Position numbers and translations under genes: made by a program | Shown: in pieces, positions 1 through 10,419 of the stretch | How positions within the stretch are numbered: position 1 is the stretch's first letter | How the letters are laid out: the number at the start of each line of letters is the position of its first letter | Virus record (IMG/VR): IMGVR_UViG_3300036853_000417 | Span: 18,151-82,150 of that record | Length of the DNA: 64,000 nucleotides | DNA from: a virus | Reading direction: 5' to 3' (one strand) | The notes under the pieces: generated by a model | What the model was told of the DNA's origin: nothing | What the model saw: the letters and a program-made list of their open reading frames with translations, nothing else | Databases searched by the model: none

Positions 1-11
1 CTTCTTTTTTC

Positions 12-632
12 TTATTTCTGTTCTTTGAAGAAGTTACGTGTTTGCCTGCCAGCAGTTGCCGTTGTTGCTCCAGCAAGCTGATCAAATGTTGATTGCATCT
101 CTCCACTTGCAAAACTCATGGTATTGCCTGCATACATTCCGAGATCTCCCGCAACAGACCAGGCATCCTGATCAGCTCCTAAGTAGACAAAGGTCCATGC
201 ACCTTTATCCTCGCGCTCTTTTATTCCGGTAGTAATGTCTTTTTTCACGTATTCCTTAGAGGCATTTTCCTGCCCATCGGTCATAATGATAACAAGTACG
301 GGATCAGTCCCATAGGGGTGTTCTGGACTTACATCAGGAAATTTCGAGGCTTGCGCGAAAATGTATCCAATTGCATCATAGAGAGCAGTATGGTTAAGTG
401 GCTGGTAATTCTCTTTGGTGAGCTGAGGTACTTCATCGAGTGCCATGCCAATGACCAGAGGGTGAACTTTTGATTCAAACTTGATAATTGAGAGGGAATA
501 GTTATTGCCATCTCCTTTCAATTTCTCAAGATAACTATTGAATCCTCCTCTAACATCTTCTGCTTTGGGTAACATTGATCCTGATTCATCAATTAAAAAG
601 ATTACGCGTGTTGTTATGTTTGCTTCCATCAT
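12..632 (-). CDS. von Willebrand factor A (vWA) domain protein
   Basis: MIDAS-type motif LIDESGSM, plus TALYDAI and IMTDGQEN motifs typical of phage vWA proteins. Confidence 0.85.
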   Translation of the reverse strand: MMEANITTRVIFLIDESGSMLPKAEDVRGGFNSYLEKLKGDGNNYSLSIIKFESKVHPLVIGMALDEVPQLTKENYQPLNHTALYDAIGYIFAQASKFPDVSPEHPYGTDPVLVIIMTDGQENASKEYVKKDITTGIKEREDKGAWTFVYLGADQDAWSVAGDLGMYAGNTMSFASGEMQSTFDQLAGATTATAGRQTRNFFKEQK

Positions 633-840
633 TATCTTTCTCCTCTATAATACGAACTGTTCCCGTTTTCTTGAGTGCGGATAACAGGTCTCCTTGTTGG
701 TTGTAACAATGGATATCATTATCCTCTCCAACGAACGCAACTTTGCCGTTCCCGAACACCACTCCTTCGTATGTCTGGACTACAGGTTTTCTAAATCCAC
801 ACGGGAATCTGCTGTAACTAATGTGAATGTTTTTGGTCAT
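589..840 (-). CDS. hypothetical protein
   Basis: 83-aa ORF overlapping its neighbours in a tightly packed minus-strand block. Confidence 0.55.
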   Translation of the reverse strand: MTKNIHISYSRFPCGFRKPVVQTYEGVVFGNGKVAFVGEDNDIHCYNQQGDLLSALKKTGTVRIIEEKDNDGSKHNNTRNLFN

Positions 841-1594
841 GCGGTACCCAATCTTTTCCTCCGTATTTATAGCGCTTCCTGAGCACTACACGCACGCAAT
901 CAGCAATGGCATCTGGAATAGTAGTAGCCAGTGATCCAACTGATAAAAAAGCGCTATCCTCCAGGTCCCAACTGCTCTCCCCTTTCCCCGGAGCAGGAAT
1001 GCCTTTCCCTGCAATATCGATAGTGGTTCCCCTGTGTTTTCTGGGAAAAGGACATCGTGGGCGTTTCCATGTGTAGTTTGAGAAGGTCACGGTAGCCTGG
1101 TATACGCCTTCTGGCATAGGGATAGATACGGGAACAGGGGGCTGATCGATCTTGGAGAATTCGGCACGCCCCAGGAAAAAATCTGGAATATTAAAAGATC
1201 CGCGTCTCCATTTTGGCGTGGTCGATTTCCATATACTTTCATCGTGCCAGATGCGCCACCATAGAGACCAGTGATGCGCACTAATGCTGGTCTCTCTTCC
1301 GTGATAGTTACGCGCAGTTCTCCATCTATTGAGTATTGGAAAATCTTCCAGGTTAAAATACAGCGCAAAGAGACCACAGCCAATACTCAAGCGCAATTGA
1401 TCCTCCACACCTCCAATGGTTAGCTCAATGTGATAGCTTCTCGTTGGAATACACCACTCAATCCCAAATATTCCTTGTGGCCGGTAGTGCAACCAGACAC
1501 GTCCATGTAGCCAGGATCGCGATGCATCTCCATGTTTTAAATTTTGCCAGTGCCACCAGAAACGTGGCTCATGTTGCGGTGTCGTTTTCTCCAT
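818..1594 (-). CDS. hypothetical Trp-rich phage protein
   Basis: 258-aa ORF with GGAG RBS, overlapping its neighbours. Confidence 0.6.
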   Translation of the reverse strand: MEKTTPQHEPRFWWHWQNLKHGDASRSWLHGRVWLHYRPQGIFGIEWCIPTRSYHIELTIGGVEDQLRLSIGCGLFALYFNLEDFPILNRWRTARNYHGRETSISAHHWSLWWRIWHDESIWKSTTPKWRRGSFNIPDFFLGRAEFSKIDQPPVPVSIPMPEGVYQATVTFSNYTWKRPRCPFPRKHRGTTIDIAGKGIPAPGKGESSWDLEDSAFLSVGSLATTIPDAIADCVRVVLRKRYKYGGKDWVPHDQKHSH

Positions 1595-2114
1595 CTCCCC
1601 TCCATTTCAGCGACTGTCGCAAGGCTTCAACAATGGGTTCGTCTTCTCTGGTAAGAGACCCTACTCTTTCTAAATATGCAAGATGCTCATATGCCATCTG
1701 TGCAGCCTCCTCTATTTTTTGCTGTCTTGTTGGATGTTCATCGGGTGTGACTTTATCTTGAAGATAGTGTCCTACTCGTATTTCAGCCTTATCGTATCCC
1801 TCTTTCCTTCTGTGACTGCATGCCCTGCAAGCTGGAATCACATTATGATAGGTGAGACCATGTACAGGAATAAATCGTTCAATAACATTTCCAAGAAACT
1901 CATCACAAAATGCACATTTTCCCTCAAAGTCTGACAATGTTGCCAACCATTCAATCAGATTGAGCGAAGCTGGAAGATTCATTCGTTGTACCTGATATCT
2001 TGCACTTTCAACTCTGTCAAATTCTCTCAGTCTATCGGTATTCGCACATTCTTTACATAATCCATAGGTATGCCGAGCCTGAAAGATTGCTCCACAGATA
2101 ATACAGGTACTCAT
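1569..2114 (-). CDS. HNH-like endonuclease / Zn-finger protein
   Basis: CxxC pairs; CAFC...HNVIPACRACS resembles a degenerate HNH. Confidence 0.6.
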   Translation of the reverse strand: MSTCIICGAIFQARHTYGLCKECANTDRLREFDRVESARYQVQRMNLPASLNLIEWLATLSDFEGKCAFCDEFLGNVIERFIPVHGLTYHNVIPACRACSHRRKEGYDKAEIRVGHYLQDKVTPDEHPTRQQKIEEAAQMAYEHLAYLERVGSLTREDEPIVEALRQSLKWRGDGENDTAT

Positions 2115-2332
2115 GAATCTTTATTCTTCCTGTGCATTTCCTCCCACTCCTCCAAAGTCCAGTATTCCCCAGGATGACATCCATGCATTCCGATTGGTCC
2201 AAATGTTCCATTCGGTCTCTTACCATAAGCAGGAAAGGGTTTGTCGTAAGACCTGAGCGGTACCTTGAGATTCAAGAGACGCTCGGTCTCACGAGCCACC
2301 ATCTCGTTATAGCTCTGTTCTTTGAGTTGCAT
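2111..2332 (-). CDS. hypothetical protein
   Basis: 73-aa ORF with ATGA overlap to the next gene. Confidence 0.5.
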   Translation of the reverse strand: MQLKEQSYNEMVARETERLLNLKVPLRSYDKPFPAYGKRPNGTFGPIGMHGCHPGEYWTLEEWEEMHRKNKDS

Positions 2333-2417
2333 GGTTCTCTGTCCAGTACTGATTTGTTGTCTGTTTGCTAAATGTACACATCATATTTTAGTTAGACTAT
2401 AATCTTCCTTAGATACA

Positions 2418-3026
2418 CTATTCTTGTGAATTATCCCTTTTTAAACCAATATATAAATCATCTAATTCAGCAATCTTTCGCATATCTTCTATTCCCCAAT
2501 ACACCATTCCTTCATATTTATCAGAAATTGGAAGCAAAATAGGATGACAGAATAATCCAGTAGGTGCAGGACGATGCTCAGTTGGTACGCACTGTTTATC
2601 TAATGCTTTCTCTGACTTCGGTTTAATGATATGAAAGACATAGTGAGGAATACGTGTAAGTCGTTCAGATTTGAGATAAATTTCCCAGCACCATTGATCA
2701 ATACCTGATTGGTATCTTTTATTTTTGCGATAGTAGGAGCATTCATCTTTTTCCTTAATATCTGCAAAAAAGTGAGGAGGAAGTCCTTTAGGGGTAAGTT
2801 GTCGATTTTGATAAGGCCAAAATGCCTCAATATCTTGTACTGGCAAATTTTGCTTACAAACTTCATGAGATAAATAGAATCTTGGGCCATGTTGTTGTAA
2901 TTCATTGCTTCTACCACGATGTAGAATGACAAACTTCAGATCTTTAAGAAAGTTCGCTATTATTTCCTCCTGATTCCATGCGTGCTTTAACGTTTCTAGT
3001 TTTTTTTCGGGAGTTTCATTCCACAT
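2418..3026 (-). CDS. putative PD-(D/E)xK nuclease (restriction-endonuclease-like)
   Basis: QDIEAF...FFADIKEK resembles a D...(D/E)xK core; overlaps the end of a methyltransferase gene; AT-rich. Confidence 0.45.
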   Translation of the reverse strand: MWNETPEKKLETLKHAWNQEEIIANFLKDLKFVILHRGRSNELQQHGPRFYLSHEVCKQNLPVQDIEAFWPYQNRQLTPKGLPPHFFADIKEKDECSYYRKNKRYQSGIDQWCWEIYLKSERLTRIPHYVFHIIKPKSEKALDKQCVPTEHRPAPTGLFCHPILLPISDKYEGMVYWGIEDMRKIAELDDLYIGLKRDNSQE

Positions 3027-4620
3027 TTGCTAGTCTCCTCTGCATAGCCATAAAGAAAGTGTTATCCTTCTCAATACCAATGAACCTTCTTCGCAATTCT
3101 TTGGCTGCTGCGCCACTAGATCCCACACCAGCAAAACCATCAAAGACCGTATCACCTCGATTGCTGCTTACTTGTATCAGATGCTTTAGAACTGATACAG
3201 GCTTTTGTGTGGGATGAAGAGTATCTCCTTTAGCATCAACTATTCTTTCTTTTCCAGAACAGATTGGTGCATCAATATAATCATGCATTTCATTCTCACC
3301 CTGCCAGTTAAGTGTATGTCTTCCCTTACCTTTAGTGAAAAAGAGGATGTACTCACAGCTACTGCGATAAGTTGCTTTTACAATTTGTGGGCCTGGATTG
3401 GTCTTGTGCCATGTGATCATGACATGTACGTGTAAGTTTGCTTTTTGCAAGACTTCTCGCAAGTAAGAAACATACCAATAGGAACAAAAGACATAACCCG
3501 ATCCATGTGGACGAAGAATTCGCATCCACTCTTGTGCCCATAAATCAAAGAGTGCAATGAACTCTTTAGGGATGTATTTATCCCACGCCCCAAAGTCTTG
3601 TGAGCGGTTATTTCTACCATCAAGATCAAATTCCCGCTCATTAGCTATATTGTATGGAGGATCGGTTACAATAAGGTCAATGCTTTCATTAGCGATCTTC
3701 TTGACTTCTTCATAGAAATCACCATGAATCAGAGAAATGCTATTCTTCTGTTCATACTCATCGCGTATCGAAGCAATCAGCTTTTGCAACTTGGGGTGTG
3801 TCTCTTGCTTCCAATCAGCATCATATGCCCCACTATATACCTCATCGATAAGTTGCGTTGTGTATGTATCTCCTAGTGATTCGATCTGTTCTAGTGCATA
3901 TTTCTTCATCTGGTTACGTGCTTTGTAGTTTCCAGCTAGAACTTTGAATTTTCCTTTAGAAAAGTTAGAATTAGTAATCAGTTCTTGAACCAGCTCCAAT
4001 TGTTGTGAGGGCGTGAGGTCAAGAATTGAGCGGAGTAAGTTTTCTGTAAAGGGGGCGGTCGCCCCCTCAAGGGGGGCGACACCATTTTCCTCACCAGGGG
4101 CGGCACTCTCAAAAGTCGCCCCTATCATACTCCAAGCCTCTTTCTCTATTTTTCTGAGAGCAGCGTAGTCCTTCACACTCTCCTTATTCCATCCAAGCAT
4201 CTGTCCAACATCAGCTTGTGTATATTTCTTCTTCCCCTGTTCATCCTCTTCTTCCAACCTTGCCCAAATAAACTCAGCATAGGTAACTAGTGTTGATGGG
4301 ACAACCGTCTCAGCAGCATTGTTGCACTGCATTGCCATCTGATAGAATTCAGCTTCTGTGAATCCAGATTTAACTACGCAAGGGACAGAGATTATATCTA
4401 GTCCTTTAGCCGCCTCATGGCGATGATTGCCATCTATGAGAAGATAACCATCTTCATAAGGAGTCACTGTTAAGGGGTAATTCTCTAAAAAACCTGCCCA
4501 ACGCATACTTTCCTGTAAACGGGCAATACCAGATGCGCTGAGTCTACGCACTGATAATTTAGATATAATTTTATTTAGAGGAAGTATTACAAAATGAGGA
4601 GTTTCAACTTCAGTTGTCAT
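3016..4620 (-). CDS. ParB-like N-terminal domain fused to N6/N4 DNA methyltransferase (beta class)
   Basis: LLIDGNHRHEAA (ParB), TDPPY (motif IV), HPTQKP, DGFAGVGS (motif I). Confidence 0.9.
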   Translation of the reverse strand: MTTEVETPHFVILPLNKIISKLSVRRLSASGIARLQESMRWAGFLENYPLTVTPYEDGYLLIDGNHRHEAAKGLDIISVPCVVKSGFTEAEFYQMAMQCNNAAETVVPSTLVTYAEFIWARLEEEDEQGKKKYTQADVGQMLGWNKESVKDYAALRKIEKEAWSMIGATFESAAPGEENGVAPLEGATAPFTENLLRSILDLTPSQQLELVQELITNSNFSKGKFKVLAGNYKARNQMKKYALEQIESLGDTYTTQLIDEVYSGAYDADWKQETHPKLQKLIASIRDEYEQKNSISLIHGDFYEEVKKIANESIDLIVTDPPYNIANEREFDLDGRNNRSQDFGAWDKYIPKEFIALFDLWAQEWMRILRPHGSGYVFCSYWYVSYLREVLQKANLHVHVMITWHKTNPGPQIVKATYRSSCEYILFFTKGKGRHTLNWQGENEMHDYIDAPICSGKERIVDAKGDTLHPTQKPVSVLKHLIQVSSNRGDTVFDGFAGVGSSGAAAKELRRRFIGIEKDNTFFMAMQRRLANVE

Positions 4621-4628
4621 ATCTCTCC

Positions 4629-4850
4629 CTATTCACTACTATGCTTACACTGCCCTCTCACTGCATCAATGGCATATCGAAGAGCCTCAACAGTCTCACG
4701 GTTAGTTGGGAAATCATCCTGAAATGAGCGAGGAGTTAGCATTTCTACAAGCCATTGATAGCGCTTTATTATACGTATCACGTCTAACAGCACTCGTATA
4801 GAATGCTCAGCTTCGCTTAGTGGGCGTATATCTTTTGTTTTATCGCTCAT
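4629..4850 (-). CDS. hypothetical protein
   Basis: ORF; likely start MSDKTK after a GAGGAG RBS. Confidence 0.5.
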   Translation of the reverse strand: MSDKTKDIRPLSEAEHSIRVLLDVIRIIKRYQWLVEMLTPRSFQDDFPTNRETVEALRYAIDAVRGQCKHSSE

Positions 4851-4854
4851 TTCT

Positions 4855-5331
4855 TTATTTCTCCTCAACAATATCAATATCACTTCTAACAAAATGTGTA
4901 CTAAAACAACGGAAAATATCCTCTGTACAGAGTCCAAGTGTGTTCCCATACCCTTCTGTGGCTGGCTTACTATCCCTCACCTCGCGCCAGTATTCTCCTG
5001 CCCGACCCTCTAATTGCTCAACCGCAGGACAGAGCATATTGCGTTCATAGTTTGGCTCCATGATTGAACCATAAAGCCACTCCTCAATGTCTTCTGCATT
5101 GCGGTATGAGAGGTAGAGTGCAGCCTGGTAAAAAAGCATCTTGTGGAGCATTTTTTCATCTGCAATTAAGAATTGCCTCAGAAGTGCCAGATCAAATTGC
5201 TTTACTTCCTCATCGTTGCCCGACCTCGTAATGGGTGTGTCGGACACACATATGTCAAGATACAACGTTACCCGCAAACGTCGCCTGAGTAGCTCATTAT
5301 CTTGTTGTGCATCGTTTGCTATACCTATCAT
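4855..5331 (-). CDS. hypothetical protein
   Basis: ORF; likely start MIGIAND after an AAGGAG RBS. Confidence 0.55.
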   Translation of the reverse strand: MIGIANDAQQDNELLRRRLRVTLYLDICVSDTPITRSGNDEEVKQFDLALLRQFLIADEKMLHKMLFYQAALYLSYRNAEDIEEWLYGSIMEPNYERNMLCPAVEQLEGRAGEYWREVRDSKPATEGYGNTLGLCTEDIFRCFSTHFVRSDIDIVEEK

Positions 5332-5521
5332 AGTGTTGTCTCCTTGTCGTGATGAGTTTACGAGATATCTGGACGGCTTTTTCAGATACATTTGGGGTCT
5401 CTCTCTTATTATAGATCCTCTACCGAACACACAGGAAGGAGTTTCCTCATTGTGTTGTACGGATAATCAGACATGCTGTATACTGGTATCAGACAGATGA
5501 TTTAGAGAAAATAGGGGATGA

Positions 5522-6184
5522 ATGATTAACCTTGTTGCTAAGTCGATAGATATCCTACAGGCTCATCCACGCAATTACCGTATCCATCCTGAGGATGAAA
5601 TTGAGCATCTCATGGAGAGTATTCGTCTACATGGCATCTATCGCAATATTGTCATTGCACAGGATGGAAAGACGATTCTGGCTGGACACGGAGTTGTAGA
5701 AGCTGCTCGTAGACTTGGGATGACACAGGTCCCTGTGTTTCAGACAAACTATCAACCTGATGATCCACATGCTTTAAAACTGCTGGTTGGTGATAATGAG
5801 ATCCAGCACCTTGTTGAGGCTGATGATAGGGCACTCACGGAACTCTTACGTGAACTGAAAGAGATTGATGACCTACTTAGCACTGGTTATGATGAGATGA
5901 TGCTTGCTAATCTCGTCATGGTCAGTCGGCCTGCATCTGAGATTACCGATCTGGATGCAGCCTCACAATGGGTAGGACTACCTGAGCATGATAGAGAAGG
6001 AGAGCGCCGACTTCAAATTATCGTGAACTTTGCCAATGAGGAAGACCGCAAAGCATTCTGTCATCTGCTCGGCCTTGAGTCCAGCAAGATTGCAAATGAA
6101 GGAACAGGAAAGTCTATCTGGTGGCCGAAGCAAGATCGAGATGATGTGAAATCCCTTCGCTTTACTGATGGGAGACAAGGATGA
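5522..6184 (+). CDS. ParB-like nuclease domain protein
   Basis: HPRNYRIH...ILAGHGVVEAARRLG...VGDN. Confidence 0.85.
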   Translation: MINLVAKSIDILQAHPRNYRIHPEDEIEHLMESIRLHGIYRNIVIAQDGKTILAGHGVVEAARRLGMTQVPVFQTNYQPDDPHALKLLVGDNEIQHLVEADDRALTELLRELKEIDDLLSTGYDEMMLANLVMVSRPASEITDLDAASQWVGLPEHDREGERRLQIIVNFANEEDRKAFCHLLGLESSKIANEGTGKSIWWPKQDRDDVKSLRFTDGRQG

Positions 6185-7140
6185 CTCACCGAATACTCCC
6201 AAACTATCCTATCTATATTCCCAGCAAAGGTCGTGCTGATTGCTGCTATACTGCCAAATGTCTTGATGCTGGTGAAGTTCCATTTCATCTCGTTATTGAA
6301 CCACAAGAAGAAGCTCTCTATCGGGTGCAGTTCCCCAGTGCTCATTTTCTAATTCTCCCCTGGAATGGTGATGATCAGGTACGACGTGATTTCTGCCAGC
6401 AACGTCGTATTGAGAATGGGGGCCTCATTGCTGCACGCAACTGGATTAAAGAGCATGCCACAGCAACAGGCAGTGAAAGACATTGGCAGTTAGATGACAA
6501 TATCACAGAGTTCTATCGGCGCTACAAGGGTAAGCGTATCCGATGTGAGTCGGGTCTTGCACTACGTGCCTGTGAAGACTTTACTGACCGTTATGAGAAT
6601 GTTGCGATCTCAGGTCTCAATTATTATATGTTTGTTATGGATGATAAGCAGACATCTCCACTTGTTATTAATTGTCATGTGTATTCTTGCTCCCTGATCC
6701 TGAATGCACTTCCCTTCTGCTGGCGTTTGGCCTACAATGATGATACGGATATATGCCTGCAAGTCCTCTCAACAGGGATATGGTGTACGGTACTCATCAA
6801 TGTCTTCATGTGTAGGAAGTTGCGCACAATGACTGTACAGGGTGGCAATACTGCTGATCTCTATCAAGGTGATGGACGATTGCATATGGCGCGTTCACTT
6901 GAACGGGTATGGCCAGGCATCGTTGAAACAAAGCGTCGTTTTCATCGACCACAACATGTCATAAAAGAGAACTGGAAATGCTTTGATACTCCGCTTCGAT
7001 TGAAACCGGACATTGATCTAACACAACTTCCTCCAACCAATGAATATGGGATGGATCTTTGTCAGATCAAAGATGTAATCAAAAGTCCCCGAATCCAAAG
7101 ATTACATGATGCATGGCAACAGACACATAGATCTGAGTAA
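6181..7140 (+). CDS. TET-associated glycosyltransferase (TAGT/GREB1-like, GT-A fold)
   Basis: IYIPSKGRA, ARNWI, WQLDDNI, YNDDTDICLQ and GGN motifs. Confidence 0.8.
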   Translation: MTHRILPNYPIYIPSKGRADCCYTAKCLDAGEVPFHLVIEPQEEALYRVQFPSAHFLILPWNGDDQVRRDFCQQRRIENGGLIAARNWIKEHATATGSERHWQLDDNITEFYRRYKGKRIRCESGLALRACEDFTDRYENVAISGLNYYMFVMDDKQTSPLVINCHVYSCSLILNALPFCWRLAYNDDTDICLQVLSTGIWCTVLINVFMCRKLRTMTVQGGNTADLYQGDGRLHMARSLERVWPGIVETKRRFHRPQHVIKENWKCFDTPLRLKPDIDLTQLPPTNEYGMDLCQIKDVIKSPRIQRLHDAWQQTHRSE

Positions 7141-7300
7141 GGATTTCTTATTATGAGGGGCAATTTTATCTTTAGTGATGCATGGTCTTTTTCACAAAAA
7201 GTGAGGTTTGCATGGCAAAAATGCCATTGTTGAAGTTGCCCCTTGAATAGTGCTGGTATGCTCTGTATACTTATAGTAGATTACTGGAAAAGAGGAAAAA

Positions 7301-7885
7301 GTGGACAGGGGAAATTCATCACTTTTCGTTCTTGGCGCTCCTGGGACTGGAAAATCAATCCTGTTACGTTCTTTTCTTCAATCCCTCGGATCTTTTGGAG
7401 AGTCTTATCAGTACAACCTGATTACCGGACAATGGTTTTCTGACTATTCATTGTTGGTTTTGGGAGAATATGTATCTGAGGAATCCTTTCCCGGCACTGA
7501 TCGCTGGTCAATGGAGGTACAACGGTGTGCAGCAGGATTTTGGCAGGACATTGCTCAACAATCTTGTACAGTTCTTGGTGAGGGAAGTCGCATTGCAACA
7601 CGTCCCTTTATTGATGCGGCACGTATCTCTACGCTGGTCTCTCTTGTTTTCTTACAGGTACACACTGATATTCTACAGGCACGCAGGGAATGGAGAGGAA
7701 AGCAAAATGCATCCTGGGTGAAAGGGATAGAGACACGCATAGAGAATCTTCAGCACTATTATCAAAATCAATTGCCCTGTTTTACCTGGAAGAATGAAAC
7801 AGACCAGGACCTCACACGCAATCTGAATGCATTGCATACAATGTTATTTAGCTCGATGTCTGTACATATGGAGGACCTATCATGA
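7301..7885 (+). CDS. P-loop nucleotide kinase of DNA-modification clusters
   Basis: Walker A GAPGTGKS, FPGTDRWSM, EGSR. Confidence 0.75.
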   Translation: MDRGNSSLFVLGAPGTGKSILLRSFLQSLGSFGESYQYNLITGQWFSDYSLLVLGEYVSEESFPGTDRWSMEVQRCAAGFWQDIAQQSCTVLGEGSRIATRPFIDAARISTLVSLVFLQVHTDILQARREWRGKQNASWVKGIETRIENLQHYYQNQLPCFTWKNETDQDLTRNLNALHTMLFSSMSVHMEDLS

Positions 7886-8688
7886 GTACTACAGTTGTTA
7901 CCCATAAAACGATTCCGCTTTCACTCATTGATACGCACGCTCGTAATTATCGCAAGCATCCTCCTGCACAATTAGAGAGGCTGCGTGCCTCGCTTATCCG
8001 ATTCTCGCAGGTGCGTTCTATCGTCGTGCAGGCAAAAGAAGGTGGTCGCTACAGGATACTGGCAGGGCATGGAGTTGCATCGGCTGCACTTGAATGTGGA
8101 ATTCTCAAGCTGCATTGTAACGTTGTTCCTGACAACTGGGATGAGGGGACCTGTAATGCATATCTTGTTGCTGATAATGAGGTTGAACGAGGGGTGGATC
8201 TTGATAATCAACTTTTAGCTGAATTGCTGAAAGAGCAGGTGGATGCTGGATACTCGCTAGATGCATTAGGTATTCAAGAGAAAGAATTTACTGATCTTTT
8301 GCAAATACTCCAGGAATCTGATCGTGCTGTCCCGTCTTTTGCTGAACTTGAAGAAGAGGAGGAGGATGTACGACAGTCGATGACCCTTCCTCAAGGGAGA
8401 ACTGCCGATATTGTGAACTCTAAGAATATCAATCAAAAAGGAGATGGTGTTGCATTCGGGAGAGATCCAAAGCAATGGTTGCAGCAGTATGAAACAACTA
8501 TGCTACGACAGATAGTTCTCATCTATAAAAGCGATGAATATACACGTGTTTTAACCCAATTTATGGCTATTCGTCGCCAAAATAATCTGGAAACAAATGC
8601 CGATGTTGTAGGAGAACTTCTTTCATTTTATTTAAAGAGTCATCCAGAACTTGAAGAGGAGGCAAAGCAATATGCCTCTTCAGTCTGA
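7882..8688 (+). CDS. ParB-like nuclease domain protein
   Basis: HARNYRKH...ILAGHGV...LVADN; paralog of 5522..6184. Confidence 0.85.
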   Translation: MSTTVVTHKTIPLSLIDTHARNYRKHPPAQLERLRASLIRFSQVRSIVVQAKEGGRYRILAGHGVASAALECGILKLHCNVVPDNWDEGTCNAYLVADNEVERGVDLDNQLLAELLKEQVDAGYSLDALGIQEKEFTDLLQILQESDRAVPSFAELEEEEEDVRQSMTLPQGRTADIVNSKNINQKGDGVAFGRDPKQWLQQYETTMLRQIVLIYKSDEYTRVLTQFMAIRRQNNLETNADVVGELLSFYLKSHPELEEEAKQYASSV

Positions 8689-9526
8689 GCCAAGAGTCAT
8701 CACTCGACCAAGACGTGAGCTTGATCTCAAGTCATATCGTTTTCGGAGAGCAGAGATACGTGACTATACAGAATTGTTGACCTCTTCCACTATTTTGCGA
8801 GATGAAGCTAGTGGAAGAGTGCGTGTTGTTTATCTCGTATTATCTGATGATTGTAATGAGATTGTCCAGTCACTGCGCTCTATTCAATTTGAAATAGATG
8901 AGCGTGCATCAGGAATGCTTTCTCAATCTCGGATATTTGGATATCGTCCAAGAATTACCATTCGAGATGATTTTTGTACGACTGCTGCTCTTGCTCGCGA
9001 GCATCCTTTTGCCTACAAACTTATTTCTTCCTATGCAGCAAAGGTTTCAGATTACTACCATCAGTTCAATCCTGAGTTGTTTATAGAACATCAACGGATA
9101 GTAGGTCGTGTGCTTCCTGAATGGAGGCTGGAGGGATCGGTTTTTACCTCTGGAATTATTAATAAGAATAATCCTTTGCCTTATCACTTTGATCAAGGAA
9201 ATTTTCAGGATGTTTGGAGTAATATGCTTGTTTTCAAGCACCAAATAGGAGAGGGGTATCTTTCTGTTCCTGAATATGACATTGGTTTTGAGGTAGCACA
9301 TAATTCTCTTCTGATGTTTGATGGGCAAAACATTCTACACGGAGTAACACCTATTTATTTAGAAGGACCTGAAGCTTTTCGTTATTCCATCGTTTACTAT
9401 AGCTTAAAATCAATGTGGAATTGTCTGTCTCCCGATGAAGAGGTGAGGCGTATTCAACGTTTGCGTACCTCTCGTGAAGAAAAAAGATTTTTCAAATATC
9501 TTCCACCAAAGGAGATGCCAGAATGA
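8672..9526 (+). CDS. TET/JBP-like 2OG-Fe(II) 5-methylpyrimidine dioxygenase
   Basis: FTSGIINKN, HxD (YHFDQGN), distal His (HGVTPI), RYSIVYY; ATG 8672 after GAGGAGG. Confidence 0.85.
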   Translation: MPLQSEPRVITRPRRELDLKSYRFRRAEIRDYTELLTSSTILRDEASGRVRVVYLVLSDDCNEIVQSLRSIQFEIDERASGMLSQSRIFGYRPRITIRDDFCTTAALAREHPFAYKLISSYAAKVSDYYHQFNPELFIEHQRIVGRVLPEWRLEGSVFTSGIINKNNPLPYHFDQGNFQDVWSNMLVFKHQIGEGYLSVPEYDIGFEVAHNSLLMFDGQNILHGVTPIYLEGPEAFRYSIVYYSLKSMWNCLSPDEEVRRIQRLRTSREEKRFFKYLPPKEMPE

Positions 9527-10419
9527 TCATGTCTGCAAAGGTATTTGAGGATTTTGCATTCTTCTGTCAGCATCAACTTGTGAGTAAAGATGTTGATCCC
9601 GTCTATCCATTGTTGCGGTTGCTGGTATCTCCTCTCTTGGAGGAGCAGGCACTCTGGCACACACTCCTCTATGTTGGATATTACTCTCTCCCTTCATCTC
9701 GTGCCGCTTTTGATCGTGTTCCCAGTGTTGATGCACTTCCCTTGTCCCTGTCACGTTTACCAACTGGGGTAGAGCGAAGAGGATTTCGTGGAGGAACCAT
9801 TACCAGGCATGTTGATAGCTTGCTTTATTTGCACGAGACATTTGGAAGTTTGAAAGCATGGCTCTGTCAGGAATTTGGGAGAGACATACGACAGAACTGG
9901 ATTCATTTACAAAATACCCTGCAGCAGGCATGGGGGAATGGACGGTGGGCTGCTTATAAGACCGGAGAAATTTTACAGAAAGTCCATGATTTTCCAGTGC
10001 AGCCAACAGATATGGGACATGAGTTTTCAACGGGTCCTCGTCATGGTCTTGCCCTTTTCTATGGGAATGCTTGGGGGAATGCTCCTGATGCTATTCAAAC
10101 ACTGAATGCTCAGGGAGAAAATCTCCTACAGTGTCTTGCAGAACAAGGGATACACATGGGCATAGAGCAGTTAGAGACAATGCTCTGTGATTTTTATTCC
10201 CTGGTAGGGGGACGCTATTATGTTGGTCATGATATTGATATGCTACAGACACAATTACTTGCCTCCTCTCTTTCATCAGATATCCTTGAACCTATCTGGC
10301 AAGCAAGAAAAAGAGCATTACCACACGCATATCTGGGAGAAATACAAGGCTGGACAGGAATTGATAGGGAGCGGAAAAAAGTGTATCAAAGAACAGGAAG
10401 GGTGATTATTCGTGGCTAA
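9523..10419 (+). CDS. aGPT-Pplase2-like amino acid:DNA transferase (helix-hairpin-helix fold)
   Basis: DVDPVY, GNGRWAAYK, GPRHGL, ETMLCDF and YYVGHDID motifs. Confidence 0.75.
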   Translation: MIMSAKVFEDFAFFCQHQLVSKDVDPVYPLLRLLVSPLLEEQALWHTLLYVGYYSLPSSRAAFDRVPSVDALPLSLSRLPTGVERRGFRGGTITRHVDSLLYLHETFGSLKAWLCQEFGRDIRQNWIHLQNTLQQAWGNGRWAAYKTGEILQKVHDFPVQPTDMGHEFSTGPRHGLALFYGNAWGNAPDAIQTLNAQGENLLQCLAEQGIHMGIEQLETMLCDFYSLVGGRYYVGHDIDMLQTQLLASSLSSDILEPIWQARKRALPHAYLGEIQGWTGIDRERKKVYQRTGRVIIRG

